From Escherichia phage vB_EcoM_G2469, in sequence record MK327934.1: DNA of 64,000 nucleotides. One strand, given 5' to 3'. How positions within the stretch are numbered: position 1 is the first letter of the stretch; the number at the start of each line of letters is the position of its first letter. Positions 29,363-41,312 of this stretch are shown piece after piece. The notes under the pieces are model-generated. The model saw only the letters and a program-made list of their open reading frames with translations, had not been told where the DNA came from and made no database searches. The position numbers and the translations under genes are program-made.

Positions 29363-29638
29363 TTAAATTGCTTTGCATTCAATTTTTTGTGTACCGAAAT
29401 TGATATCACATTGGATAACTAAATCGCCGTCAAGATCAAATACCACGATGACGTGTGCAGATCCAGGGAGAAGAGTAATAGCAATAGAATCTACTTGGTC
29501 TGGGAGCAAAGCATTAAGTACATGAGTTACTTGAGCATGAACTCTGAGTTCGGCTGCATTATCAAGCACTTCAAACATATTATTAGCAATAATCTGACTG
29601 AAGACTACCTTTACAATTTCAGAATAAGTTGGGAACAT
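29363..29638 (-). CDS. hypothetical protein (91 aa)
   Basis: ORF. Confidence 0.45.
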   Translation of the reverse strand: MFPTYSEIVKVVFSQIIANNMFEVLDNAAELRVHAQVTHVLNALLPDQVDSIAITLLPGSAHVIVVFDLDGDLVIQCDINFGTQKIECKAI

Positions 29639-29645
29639 AATTACC

Positions 29646-29870
29646 TCAGTGCACAGTATTTACTTTAACTCGAACAACAAATCGCTCGGTTGGTTCACCT
29701 ACAGGAACAAACTCTACATGATATTCACCTTTGTAACGAGTATTCAGATCATTACGAATTCCTGCTAGTTTGTTGATTAATGTAGGACTCATATTAAGTC
29801 CCACTAGTTTACGAAGCATTTTGTATGCTTCATCTTCGATTTCATGATGTTTATCGTACATAGTTTTCAT
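29646..29870 (-). CDS. hypothetical protein (74 aa)
   Basis: ORF. Confidence 0.45.
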   Translation of the reverse strand: MKTMYDKHHEIEDEAYKMLRKLVGLNMSPTLINKLAGIRNDLNTRYKGEYHVEFVPVGEPTERFVVRVKVNTVH

Positions 29871-30041
29871 TTAACCATTCAATTGCCTGGTCGACGTTAT
29901 CAAATATACCACCGTCCAAACGTTCTTCATGCTCATAGTCCAGCACATCAATACCGAACTGTCCATTTACTAAAGGCCAGGCTACAAACAAATATTCTTT
30001 ATGCTGTTCGATGGCCTCAATAACTTCATATAATCGTTTCA

Positions 30042-30042
<1 letters not shown>
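29851..30042 (-). CDS. hypothetical protein (63 aa)
   Basis: ORF, overlap with pseT stop. Confidence 0.4.
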
Positions 30043-31128
<1,086 letters not shown>

Positions 31129-31129
<1 letters not shown>

Positions 31130-31428
31130 TATTTTATTCCTAAGAAAGTTTCAAGAATACGAATGTTATGCTCGCGCCGGTCTTTATTAATTTCAGCAAC
31201 GTTTTTATTAATTGACGTACTTCTAACGTTTGAAGAAATAAATTTAATCATATGACTTTTGAGTTGTTGCAAATCCAACCCTTTTTCTTTAGCAGCTTTA
31301 CGAAGAGCTTTACCTGCTTCATCTAGTGCCTTTGCTGTATCTTTGTCATAATTGACAAGTGTCATTCCACGACAGATATCAATATACTCATCAGACCGTT
31401 TGATGTAATTCTCTAGTAATGTTTTCAT
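31129..31428 (-). CDS. hypothetical protein (99 aa)
   Basis: ORF with upstream early promoter. Confidence 0.45.
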
Positions 31429-31485
31429 TTAGATTTCCTCAATTATCCATAGGAGCATTATACTCTGCTCCCACGAGTTTGTAAA

Positions 31486-31710
31486 CTATTTTACTAAAGA
31501 TTCAATATACTCATGAAGAGCTTTAGTCGCTACTGCCCACTTATTCTGATATTCATTTTTCAGATTAGCACGAGACTGAACTAACAAGCGGTCATTAGTT
31601 GGAGGCAAAGATTCTAATCGTTGAATCTGGCGCCCATAAATCATAGCCGCCATTTCAGATTCATAGATAAGCCCTTTAAGGTATTCATGTTGTTCTTTAG
31701 TCATTGACAT
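31486..31710 (-). CDS. hypothetical protein (74 aa)
   Basis: ORF. Confidence 0.45.
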   Translation of the reverse strand: MSMTKEQHEYLKGLIYESEMAAMIYGRQIQRLESLPPTNDRLLVQSRANLKNEYQNKWAVATKALHEYIESLVK

Positions 31711-31991
31711 TTTTCCTCTTTTAAACCACTACGATAATAACATAACATAGTCTTCTGGTCATGTACATATCTTTTTACGTCGTTTAACCAGATACGAAAT
31801 TCTTGAGAGTCTTCAAATGGCATTCCAACCCACGGATTACCATCAATAACCTTTACTTGCCATTTCTGGTTATATTCAGCAATAGATTCAGGCCATGGCG
31901 GATGTAAAGTTTCTTTAGGGCTTAATGGTACATCCTGGGCACATCCAGCCAAAATGCCAATAGATAATACAACTGCGGTTAATTTAATCAT
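31701..31991 (-). CDS. o-spanin (outer-membrane lipoprotein, Rz1-like; T4 pseT.2 equivalent)
   Basis: signal peptide with lipobox LAGC (MIKLTAVVLSIGILAGC), Pro-rich mature region, C-terminal Cys. Confidence 0.7.
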   Translation of the reverse strand: MIKLTAVVLSIGILAGCAQDVPLSPKETLHPPWPESIAEYNQKWQVKVIDGNPWVGMPFEDSQEFRIWLNDVKRYVHDQKTMLCYYRSGLKEEKCQ

Positions 31992-32344
31992 TCTGAGAGC
32001 TTCCTGAGGTCTTCTGCAAAGGAATCGAAGGACCTGTTGATTTGTTTTTCGACCAATCCCGGTTTACTCGCCACCACGTTCTTCTTCTTCGAATCCTTAC
32101 GGAGCTTTTCATTTTCGGCCTTAAGTTGGTCAACTAAAACACGGTTCTTATAAGTCATTTCTTCGATTGACTGATATTGAACCTTGAAGTCGTCTAATAC
32201 TTTAGCATTGTTTTTAGCAGTCTCTTTGACAGAAGCTAATTCAGTATTCAACGAATCAACTTTGTTGTTTAAGACAACTATTGTTACCGTAGAAACTAGA
32301 GCAAAAGCTGCTACTATAGCGTAAATAGGATTTACTTTAAGCAT
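31988..32344 (-). CDS. i-spanin (inner-membrane, Rz-like; T4 pseT.3 equivalent)
   Basis: N-terminal TM helix then coiled-coil; 4-nt overlap with o-spanin gene. Confidence 0.65.
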   Translation of the reverse strand: MLKVNPIYAIVAAFALVSTVTIVVLNNKVDSLNTELASVKETAKNNAKVLDDFKVQYQSIEEMTYKNRVLVDQLKAENEKLRKDSKKKNVVASKPGLVEKQINRSFDSFAEDLRKLSE

Positions 32345-32832
32345 GTTTTAATAATCTCAATGATTTCATCTCGGGATAATCCATTGATAAGAACTGTTTT
32401 AGGCCCGTCAGTTTGGATTTTGTACGATTCAAACAATACACACAACTCTTCTGCTGTATGATACGGACTTGAAATTCCGAGGCGGTTGAATTTGTCAGTA
32501 AGAGGGTCGCAAATAATGTAGAATTTTATACCTGCGATATGTACGTTTGGTTGACTAATATTAATGAACACATTAGCGTCATATTTAGTCAAATTGTTTT
32601 GAAGAAATTCTACCATGGCATTAACTGCTTCCGGCATCGCTTCGCGTTTCTCTTCAGCGTATCGGGTGGAATACTCTTTTTGTTTTACTTTCTTTTTAAG
32701 ATTTTTGGCCAGTGTAACACGTAGGTCAGTAAGATAACCAACTGGACGTCCTTTCTTAAAGACCCGGATTCCGTCAGTTGTGTCTCCAAAAGCTGTTACG
32801 ACCATATCGTTAGTAATCAATTGCATATTCAT
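32332..32832 (-). CDS. alc: Alc-like transcription termination factor (host transcription shutoff)
   Basis: 166 aa from ATG with GAGGAG RBS; size and position between spanins and rnlA as T4 alc. Confidence 0.55.
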   Translation of the reverse strand: MNMQLITNDMVVTAFGDTTDGIRVFKKGRPVGYLTDLRVTLAKNLKKKVKQKEYSTRYAEEKREAMPEAVNAMVEFLQNNLTKYDANVFINISQPNVHIAGIKFYIICDPLTDKFNRLGISSPYHTAEELCVLFESYKIQTDGPKTVLINGLSRDEIIEIIKTCLK

Positions 32833-32861
32833 AATTTTCTCCTCGTGTTGTTGATAAAAGC

Positions 32862-32892
32862 CATAGTAACACCTTCCTTGGTGTTTGTAAAC
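32862..32892 (-). promoter_or_regulatory. early-type promoter
   Basis: CATAGTAA ... GTAAAC with AACACC/GGTGTT inverted repeat. Confidence 0.45.
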
Positions 32893-32894
32893 CA

Positions 32895-34028
<1,134 letters not shown>

Positions 34029-34075
34029 TCAGTTAGTTTTTTTTAAATTGTACCACAATCCTTGTGGTATGTAAA

Positions 34076-34486
34076 CTACTTTTTCTTATGTTGGATATTC
34101 CAAGGCGGGTTGAACTTTTTGATAAAAAGCGGTTCTTCAAGGTCCATTGTTGCGATGGTCATTGAACCAAGTTCGTTGGTGACTGAAAGGTCAAAACATT
34201 GGCGGGCCCAGAATTCAACCTTTTTGCCTTGCATTAAGGCATCCAAAATCATAAGTGATTTTCTTGAATCTGAAGTCTGGTCTTTTCGATTTATGGCTGT
34301 TCGATAATAGTTAATGCGTTTCTTTAAATTCTTGGTTTTACCAATATACACAAGTTCGTCATCTATAGCAATAGCGTATATGACATTTTTCTTATTAGGG
34401 ACATCGACTGTTTTAATTGTTGCATCTTCTAATAGCTCCAATTCTGTATATTTAATAAAGGAATATTCGGCGGCGATATCTTTCAT
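34076..34486 (-). CDS. denA: endonuclease II
   Basis: 136 aa, GIY-YIG-like YAIAIDDELVYIGKT, T4 synteny. Confidence 0.8.
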   Translation of the reverse strand: MKDIAAEYSFIKYTELELLEDATIKTVDVPNKKNVIYAIAIDDELVYIGKTKNLKKRINYYRTAINRKDQTSDSRKSLMILDALMQGKKVEFWARQCFDLSVTNELGSMTIATMDLEEPLFIKKFNPPWNIQHKKK

Positions 34487-34512
34487 AATAAAGTGGGACC
34501 GAAGTCCCGTCC

Positions 34513-35015
34513 TTAGAAATATTTTTTGTATGAATTGATTACATTTTGGTCTACATCATTATCAATTTGTGCGACAAGATAAGAACTGATTTCAACTTCT
34601 TGTGGGGCTGCTTGAACCAAATCAGAGTTCAAATACTCACGAATCCATGGAATAGGATGACGAGTTGATACGTCTTTAAGAGGACATGGCAGACCACAAC
34701 TACGCATACGAGACACGGTAAGATAATCCACAAATTCACTTAGGATTTTAACATTTAGACCTGGAAGAGCACCATCTTTAAACAAGTGTTCAGCCCATTC
34801 TTTTTCTTGAGCGTTAACTTCCATGAAAATATCAACTGCTTCTTGTTCACACTCTTGAGCAATTTTGACCCATTCATCACCGTCTTCGCCATCTTGTAAA
34901 GCACGAATAATATATTGAGTGCCCTTGAGGTGGAGCTGTTCATCACGAGCAATGAACTTCATAATCTTGGCATTACCTTCCATGATTTCCATATTCTTGT
35001 GGAAGTTAAAGGTAC
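34513..35015 (-). CDS. nrdB: ribonucleotide reductase small subunit NrdB, exon 2
   Basis: encodes ...TFNFHKNMEIMEGNAKIMKFIARDEQLH... to C-terminus; second E..H iron motif. Confidence 0.8.
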
Positions 35016-36106
35016 CGTTATGTTCGATTGAGCTCGCTAATTCTCAACCCGTTCTCTTATGAACTGCTACATATTACTATGCAGACCAGACTATATCACA
35101 ATCCCAGAGGGATTCTCCCCATTTCGAGTCGCTTGACCCTACGTCCGAAGACTAGTCGTTGAACCTTGCTTTGCAATTGTCGCCGTGCCATCGTTTATAT
35201 GTTGATGGTGATAAATCTTTCTTATCACAATATGGACAATTCAATTGAATTCTATTTGGATTTAATTTACATCTGTCATTATGTTTTAGATAAAATCCAG
35301 GACCTTTACCAATGTGACCGCAGAAATCACATGTGATTTCTTTTTGTGCAGGATGGGTCCCGTTCTTAACCATTTCTAATGTTTTTGCTGATGTTCTTTT
35401 CTTATGGTCTTCTGACAAGAAATGATGTGAACCGTCATTTACCCGTTTTGATTGAGTTTCTGACTGCATTTTACCACCGCAAAATACATGAGTACCTTCT
35501 TTTATAGCTGCAATATTGCGTTCTTTAACTTTTGCAATATGCTCAGCTTGTTGAAAATTATGTATACCTAATGCAACTCTATTTAAATTAGATTTACGCT
35601 GTATTTCACCGTCTAAAAGATGAAATGTACCATTTTCTATCTTAGATTTAATAGAGGCAATATTTTTAGCTCGTACTTCAGGGATATTAAAAATCTGGAT
35701 TTCTCTAGATTTTGCGGCTTTAGAAGCTAATTCAGAAATTTCTTCAGGAGAATATTTCATTCTAAGCTTTATAGCATGACAAGCCTGGTAATCTTTTTGA
35801 GCTAAATGTATATCATAATGTTCCTGTATAGAAAGGCACATCAAATTATCTAAATCATTATTTTCACGGTTACCGTCTTTATGATGGATTTCGTATGTTC
35901 TTCCATCAGAATCTTTAGGTATAGGTCCGTTAGCATCTATCCAAATTTTTCTATAGTTCAATTGTGCATCCTCTTAAAAGTATAATCATATTTATATTAT
36001 ACTAATTAAAGGTGCAAGCAAAACCTTGGCTGCTAGTTTTCCTATAAAGGACTTTCCAGCAATTAAAGGAGTTTTCGATAAACGTTACCGTTTAAAGGCG
36101 CATTTT
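35016..36106 (-). mobile_element. group I intron in nrdB (about 1091 nt) carrying I-TevIII
   Basis: exon 1 frame stops immediately after ...RFYVSFA; 3' region shares core (TCGAGTCACTTGACCCTAC...GAACATAA(C/T)G) with the td intron; proposed junctions follow 5'-exon U and terminal G rules. Confidence 0.75.
35152..35961 (-). CDS. I-TevIII: I-TevIII HNH homing endonuclease, full length (269 aa)
   Basis: HNH motif EIHHKDGNRENNDLDNL, C-terminal Cys-rich zinc finger; apparent TTG start after AAGAGGA RBS. Confidence 0.85.
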   Translation of the reverse strand: MNYRKIWIDANGPIPKDSDGRTYEIHHKDGNRENNDLDNLMCLSIQEHYDIHLAQKDYQACHAIKLRMKYSPEEISELASKAAKSREIQIFNIPEVRAKNIASIKSKIENGTFHLLDGEIQRKSNLNRVALGIHNFQQAEHIAKVKERNIAAIKEGTHVFCGGKMQSETQSKRVNDGSHHFLSEDHKKRTSAKTLEMVKNGTHPAQKEITCDFCGHIGKGPGFYLKHNDRCKLNPNRIQLNCPYCDKKDLSPSTYKRWHGDNCKARFND

Positions 36107-36782
36107 ACGCAAAAGATACATAAAAACGAATAGCTTCTAAGGCATTAATAACGTGCAAACAGAGGTAAAGAGATTTCATTAGCTCACGCTTCCAATATGT
36201 CTCATGCTCAATAGCATCTTCAATAACGTCTTCGTCTGCATTAATTTCTTTTTGGTATTCGATATCAGCTTTAGCGTTTTCCCAATAACGAGCTTTAACC
36301 AGAACATCATCATAATATCGTCCGATAGATTCGGCACGCTTCATAATAGCTTCATCTAATACAATCTCATCAAACACCTTCGATGGATCTGTATAAAGAT
36401 TTCGCATAATATGAGTATATGAACGAGAGTGAATAGTTTCACTGAAAGTCCATGTAGCAACCCATGTATCTAATGAAGGGTCTGAAAGCAATGACATAAG
36501 TACCGCAGATGGTGCTCTACCTTGGATAGAATCTAATAATGATTGATACTTAAGGTTGTTGGTAAAGATGTCCTGTTGGAACTGTGGAAGCTTATTAAAC
36601 TGGGCCGAATCCAACATCAAGTTTACTTCCTCGGGACGCCAAAAGAACGAGAGCTGCTTTTCGATAAGCTCTTCAAAAACTTTATGACGCTGAATATCAT
36701 ACCGTGCGAGGCCAAGACCAGAACCAAAGAACATCGGTTCATTCAAAACATCGACTTGTTGTGTGTTAAAAACTGTACTCAT
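36107..36782 (-). CDS. nrdB: ribonucleotide reductase small subunit NrdB, exon 1
   Basis: MSTVFNTQQVDVLNEPMFFG...EAIRFYVSFA; class Ia R2 motifs. Confidence 0.85.
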
Positions 36783-36836
36783 TATATTTCTCACTTAGTT
36801 ATTAACTCATCCATGAGTAAATTATAATAAAAAGTC

Positions 36837-39092
36837 TTAAAGCTTACAAGCAGAACAATCTTCTGCTTTAGGTGTTTCTAATTCATAGTCGTCTGTACCA
36901 GACCCATCACGAGTGTTATGATAGTAGAGGTTTTTTCCGCCAAAGTACCAGAAGTAAAGCAGATCGTCAAGCATTACTGACATTGGCACTTTACCTTTCT
37001 CAAATACTGCAGGGTCATAGTAAGTATTAGCAGAAGCAGATTGGCACACCCATTTCAACATGATAGCAACTTGGGTCAAATAAGGTTTATTACCTTTCTT
37101 AGCAAGTTTCCACGCGTAGTCGTAAAGACTCATGTTATGTTCGATATTAGGAACAACCTGTCGGAAGTTGCCTTCTTTAGATTCTTTAATACTTACTGGA
37201 CCACGTGGGGGCTCAATCCCGTTTGTAGAGTTCGATACTTGACTGCTTGACTCACAAGGCATGAGTGCAGACAACGTTGAGTTACGAATTCCATGTTCTT
37301 TGAGTTCAGCTCGAAGTTCTTCCCAGTCACAGACGTAGTTCGGGGCTGCGATTTGGTCAATCTTTTTATTGTACCAGTCGATAGGTAATTCGCCTCTAGA
37401 CCATTTAGTGTCTGAATAATACTCACAACATCCTTTTTCTTTGGCGAGTTTGATTGATGCTTTGATAAGGCCATATTGCAATCTCTCAAACAATTCATGA
37501 GTCAAATCGTTAGCATCTTCATATGACGCAAAGTTAGAAGCTAACCATGCAGCATAGTTCGTAACACCAACACCAAGATTACGACGCTTTTTAGCTTTTA
37601 AAGCTTCTGGAACCGGATAATCTTGATAGTCTAACAAGTTATCAAGTGCACGTACTTGTACTTCAGCAAGTTCATTAATTTTATCTTGGTCTTGCCAATC
37701 AAATTTATCTAATACAAAAGCAGATAATGTGCATAAACCAATTTCAGCATCAGGCCCATTCACATCATTAGTTGGAATAGCGATTTCACAACATAAGTTA
37801 CTCTGACGAATTGGAGCTTTTTCACGAATAAACGGAGTGTAGTTATTCGTGTTATCAACAAACTGTGGATAAATTCGAGCAGTACCAGAGCGTTCAGTCA
37901 TGAACAATTCAAAGAGTTCTAGTGCTTTGATTCTTTTCTTTCTGATTGTTGGGTCTTTTTCAGCTTTCTCATAAAGCTCACGGAATTTATCTTGATCTTC
38001 AAAGAACGAGTAGTATAGTTCGCCTGACATTTCGTGAGGGCTAAATAAAGTAATATAATCATTTTTACCAAGGCGTTCCATCATAAGGTCATTAATCTGA
38101 ATTCCGTAGTCCATATGTCGAATACGGTTTTCATCCACGCCTTTGTTATTTTTCAGAACTAATAGGTTCTCTACTTCTAAGTGCCACATCGGATAATACG
38201 CTGTAGCAGCACCACCACGAATACCACCTTGAGAACAAGATTTTACTGCAGTTTGGAAATGTTTCCAGAATGGAATAACACCCGTATGTCGAACTTCACC
38301 CATACCGATCTTAGAACCTTCTGCACGAAGCATACCAACGTTGATACCGATACCAGCTCGTTTAGAAATATATTCAATAATTGATGCTGAAGTTTTGTTA
38401 ATAGATTTTAACGAATCACCGGCTTCAATAACTACACAACTAGAGAACTGGCGAGTCGGAGTACGAGCACCTGCCATAATTGGGGTTGGCAATGAAACTT
38501 GATGAGTAGAAACGGCATCATAAAAACGAATAATATGTTTCAAACGGTCATGAGTTTCGTCTTGATGTAAGGCCATACCAATAGCCATGATAGCAAACTG
38601 TGGAGTTTCATAAATCTTCCCAGTTGTTTTATCTTTAACTAGATATTTTTCTTTAAGCTGCATAGCACCAGCATAAGTCAGGTCAAAGTCTCGTTCATGT
38701 TTAATCTGTGAATCGAGATAAATGATTTCTTCTGCTGAATATTGAGACAACAGCTCAGGGTCATATTTGCCTTCATTAACACAATAAGAAATATGGTCGA
38801 TAAAAGCAGGCGGTTCAAACTGCCCATATACATCTTTACGAAGTGCAAACATTAGCCCTTTGGCGGCGACATACTGATAATCAGGTTCTTCGACAGAAAT
38901 CGAGTTAGCTGCAACTTTAATACAAATCTTCTGGATATCTTTGGTGCTCATCCCGTCGACAAGATGGGTCTTAATTTCTTCGTACAATTCATATGGATCA
39001 ATTTGTGTTCCTTCACATTGCCAAGTTAAGACTTGAATAATTTTCTGTGCATCAAAATTTTGGGATACACCACTGCTCTTAGTTACTTGCAT
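36837..39092 (-). CDS. nrdA: ribonucleotide reductase large subunit NrdA
   Basis: 751 aa, C-terminal CxxC...KL tail, T4 synteny. Confidence 0.95.
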   Translation of the reverse strand: MQVTKSSGVSQNFDAQKIIQVLTWQCEGTQIDPYELYEEIKTHLVDGMSTKDIQKICIKVAANSISVEEPDYQYVAAKGLMFALRKDVYGQFEPPAFIDHISYCVNEGKYDPELLSQYSAEEIIYLDSQIKHERDFDLTYAGAMQLKEKYLVKDKTTGKIYETPQFAIMAIGMALHQDETHDRLKHIIRFYDAVSTHQVSLPTPIMAGARTPTRQFSSCVVIEAGDSLKSINKTSASIIEYISKRAGIGINVGMLRAEGSKIGMGEVRHTGVIPFWKHFQTAVKSCSQGGIRGGAATAYYPMWHLEVENLLVLKNNKGVDENRIRHMDYGIQINDLMMERLGKNDYITLFSPHEMSGELYYSFFEDQDKFRELYEKAEKDPTIRKKRIKALELFELFMTERSGTARIYPQFVDNTNNYTPFIREKAPIRQSNLCCEIAIPTNDVNGPDAEIGLCTLSAFVLDKFDWQDQDKINELAEVQVRALDNLLDYQDYPVPEALKAKKRRNLGVGVTNYAAWLASNFASYEDANDLTHELFERLQYGLIKASIKLAKEKGCCEYYSDTKWSRGELPIDWYNKKIDQIAAPNYVCDWEELRAELKEHGIRNSTLSALMPCESSSQVSNSTNGIEPPRGPVSIKESKEGNFRQVVPNIEHNMSLYDYAWKLAKKGNKPYLTQVAIMLKWVCQSASANTYYDPAVFEKGKVPMSVMLDDLLYFWYFGGKNLYYHNTRDGSGTDDYELETPKAEDCSACKL

Positions 39093-39179
39093 ATATTCCT
39101 CAGTATAGGTTGATAGACATTACTCCAAACGGGATAGTATTTATCCCGTTAATTTATTATACACTTTTAAACTGAAGCG

Positions 39180-39434
39180 TTAATTATCCTCAGCAATAAT
39201 TTCTTCGTATTCTTTAGGTGTCAAGACCGTGATATCGAAATAAACCAATGGTTCTTTTTCCATACCGTAACCACCACAAAATTCACGATATTCATAAATT
39301 CGTTCATGTGAATAACAAATGAATCGTTCACCTTTAACTGTGATTTCACTATTCGGTGAAGGGATATCCAGTTCGGTAGGATTTTTCATTTCAAAAATTG
39401 TGGTGCCATATGAATTAATAAAACGTAAAATCAT
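39180..39434 (-). CDS. hypothetical protein (84 aa)
   Basis: ORF between td and nrdA. Confidence 0.45.
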   Translation of the reverse strand: MILRFINSYGTTIFEMKNPTELDIPSPNSEITVKGERFICYSHERIYEYREFCGGYGMEKEPLVYFDITVLTPKEYEEIIAEDN

Positions 39435-39435
39435 T

Positions 39436-39747
39436 TTATACCGCCATTTTAGCTTTGATAGCTGGATGTGATTCGTAATTTTTAAGAACGAAATCAGAAT
39501 GTGTCATTGTTCCAGTAACCCAGTCCATTTGGATTTTTGTAGGCCAATTCTCAAAATTACTAGGCCAATTAATTTCAAGAGAACATAACTCTTTAGGTTC
39601 ACGACGAAGAACTTCTTTGCATTGTTCTACATGATTGCGGTAGATATGCGTGTTGCCGCCTGAGAACACTAAATCACCTGGGATAAGGTTACACATCTTC
39701 GCTACAATATGCGTCAAGGCAGCGTAAGAGGCAATGTTGAACGGTAG
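39436..39747 (-). CDS. td: thymidylate synthase, exon 2
   Basis: begins CTACCGTTCAAC (LPFNIASY...) immediately after intron terminal ...CATAATG. Confidence 0.9.
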   Translation of the reverse strand, partial: LPFNIASYAALTHIVAKMCNLIPGDLVFSGGNTHIYRNHVEQCKEVLRREPKELCSLEINWPSNFENWPTKIQMDWVTGTMTHSDFVLKNYESHPAIKAKMAV

Positions 39748-40763
39748 CATTATGTTCAGATAAGGTCGTTAATCTTATCCCGGAATTATATCCAGCTGCA
39801 TGTCACCATGCAGAGCAGACTATATCTCCAACTTGTTAAAGCAAGTTGTCTATCGTTTCGAGTCACTTGACCCTACTCCCTAAAGGGATAGTCGTTAGGC
39901 ATTTATGTAGAACCAATTCCACTTATCAGATTTTACACGGTAAGTAACTAATCCTGATGAAATTTCAAAATGTCTAGCCGCATCGGCTGCACATTCAAAA
40001 ATAATCCCATCGCATGAAATCTTTTTGATGTTAGCTGGCTTTTTGCCTTTCATCTTTTCAGATAGTTTAGTTTTAGTTTTTTCTGAATGTTTGTGATTAA
40101 AGAACGGGTTATTTTCACCTGAACGTTTTCGGCACTTTCCACAAGTATCGGCCGAAGATGGTATGCGAACACCGCATTTACAAAACTTGTGGTTTTCTGG
40201 ATTCCATCGGCCATTTTTACTTCCGTGTTTACCATAAAGAGCTTTCCGACCATCAGGACCAAGCTTAAGCATCTTAACTTTAACAGTTTCAGCTCGTTTC
40301 TTAGCAATTTCTTCTTTTAATGGATGATTTGAAAGCACATCGCCAAAAGACGCATCAGCAATATTATATCCATTAATTTTAGAATTTAGCTCTTTAATCC
40401 AAAAATTTTCTCGTTCAATAATCAAATCTTTCTCATACGGAATTTCTTCCAGTACAGAGCATTCAAAAACATTACCATGTTTATTAAAAGACCTTTGAAA
40501 TTTTATAGAAGAGTGAACACCGTTTTCAAGGTCTTTAAAATGTCTCTTCCATCTTTTCTCAAAATCTTTAGCACTTCCAACATACACTTTACCGTTTAAA
40601 GTGTTTTTAATCTGATAAATTCCGCTTTTCATAAACACCTCTTTTTATATAGAAGTATTTATTAAAGGGTAGTCCTACAATTTAGCACGGGATTGTCTAC
40701 TAGAGAGGTCCCCCGTTTAGATAGATTACAAGTATAAGTCACCTTATACCTAGGCCTAAATTA
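39748..40763 (-). mobile_element. group I intron in td (1016 nt) carrying I-TevI
   Basis: 5' end TAATTTAGGCCTAGGTATAAGGTGACTTATACTTGTAATCTATCTAAACGGGG and 3' end ...CTGAACATAATG match the T4 td intron; same length as T4. Confidence 0.9.
39895..40632 (-). CDS. I-TevI: I-TevI GIY-YIG homing endonuclease
   Basis: 245 aa MKSGIYQIKNTLNGKVYVGSAKDFEKRWKRHF..., near-identical to T4 I-TevI. Confidence 0.92.
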   Translation of the reverse strand: MKSGIYQIKNTLNGKVYVGSAKDFEKRWKRHFKDLENGVHSSIKFQRSFNKHGNVFECSVLEEIPYEKDLIIERENFWIKELNSKINGYNIADASFGDVLSNHPLKEEIAKKRAETVKVKMLKLGPDGRKALYGKHGSKNGRWNPENHKFCKCGVRIPSSADTCGKCRKRSGENNPFFNHKHSEKTKTKLSEKMKGKKPANIKKISCDGIIFECAADAARHFEISSGLVTYRVKSDKWNWFYINA

Positions 40764-41312
40764 ACCTAAGAAAACATCTACACTGCGTTGATACCATTGT
40801 AAATCAAGATGTCCATTACGCACATTAAATTGATAGAACATATGACAAGGAGGAAGAGCCATTTGGTCAATTTCGGCTGGGTTCCATGCAGAAACTATTT
40901 GACGACGATCATTAGGAAGAGCTTTAATGCGGTCGATAGTTTTGACCAATTGGTCTACACCACCAAAATCACGCCATTGCTTACCATAAATAGGACCAAG
41001 TTCGCCGCTATGATATCCAAGGTCTTTTGCCTGATTTTCATAGTTGTCGTCCCAAATAGTTTTACCTTGAATAAGACTACCATGAGTACGAATACGCAAA
41101 TCATTAACATTGGTAGAACCAGACATGAACCACAGTAACTCGGCAATACAAGCTTTCCATGCTAATTTCTTAGTTGTTACTGCAGGAAATCCTTTAGTAA
41201 GGTCCCAACGTAATTTAGTTCCGAACAGGGCAATAGTGCCGGTACCTGTACGGTCGTCTGTTTCGTAGCCATTTTCTAAGATATCTTTAATCAGGTATTG
41301 GTATTGTTTCAT
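40764..41312 (-). CDS. td: thymidylate synthase, exon 1
   Basis: MKQYQYLIKDILENG...QRSVDVFLG followed directly by intron. Confidence 0.92.

Noticed and set aside
34513-36794. nrdB and td as pseudogenes because each is split into two ORFs
   Set aside because: The interruptions are group I introns with recognisable conserved ends and intact homing-endonuclease ORFs; splicing restores full-length proteins
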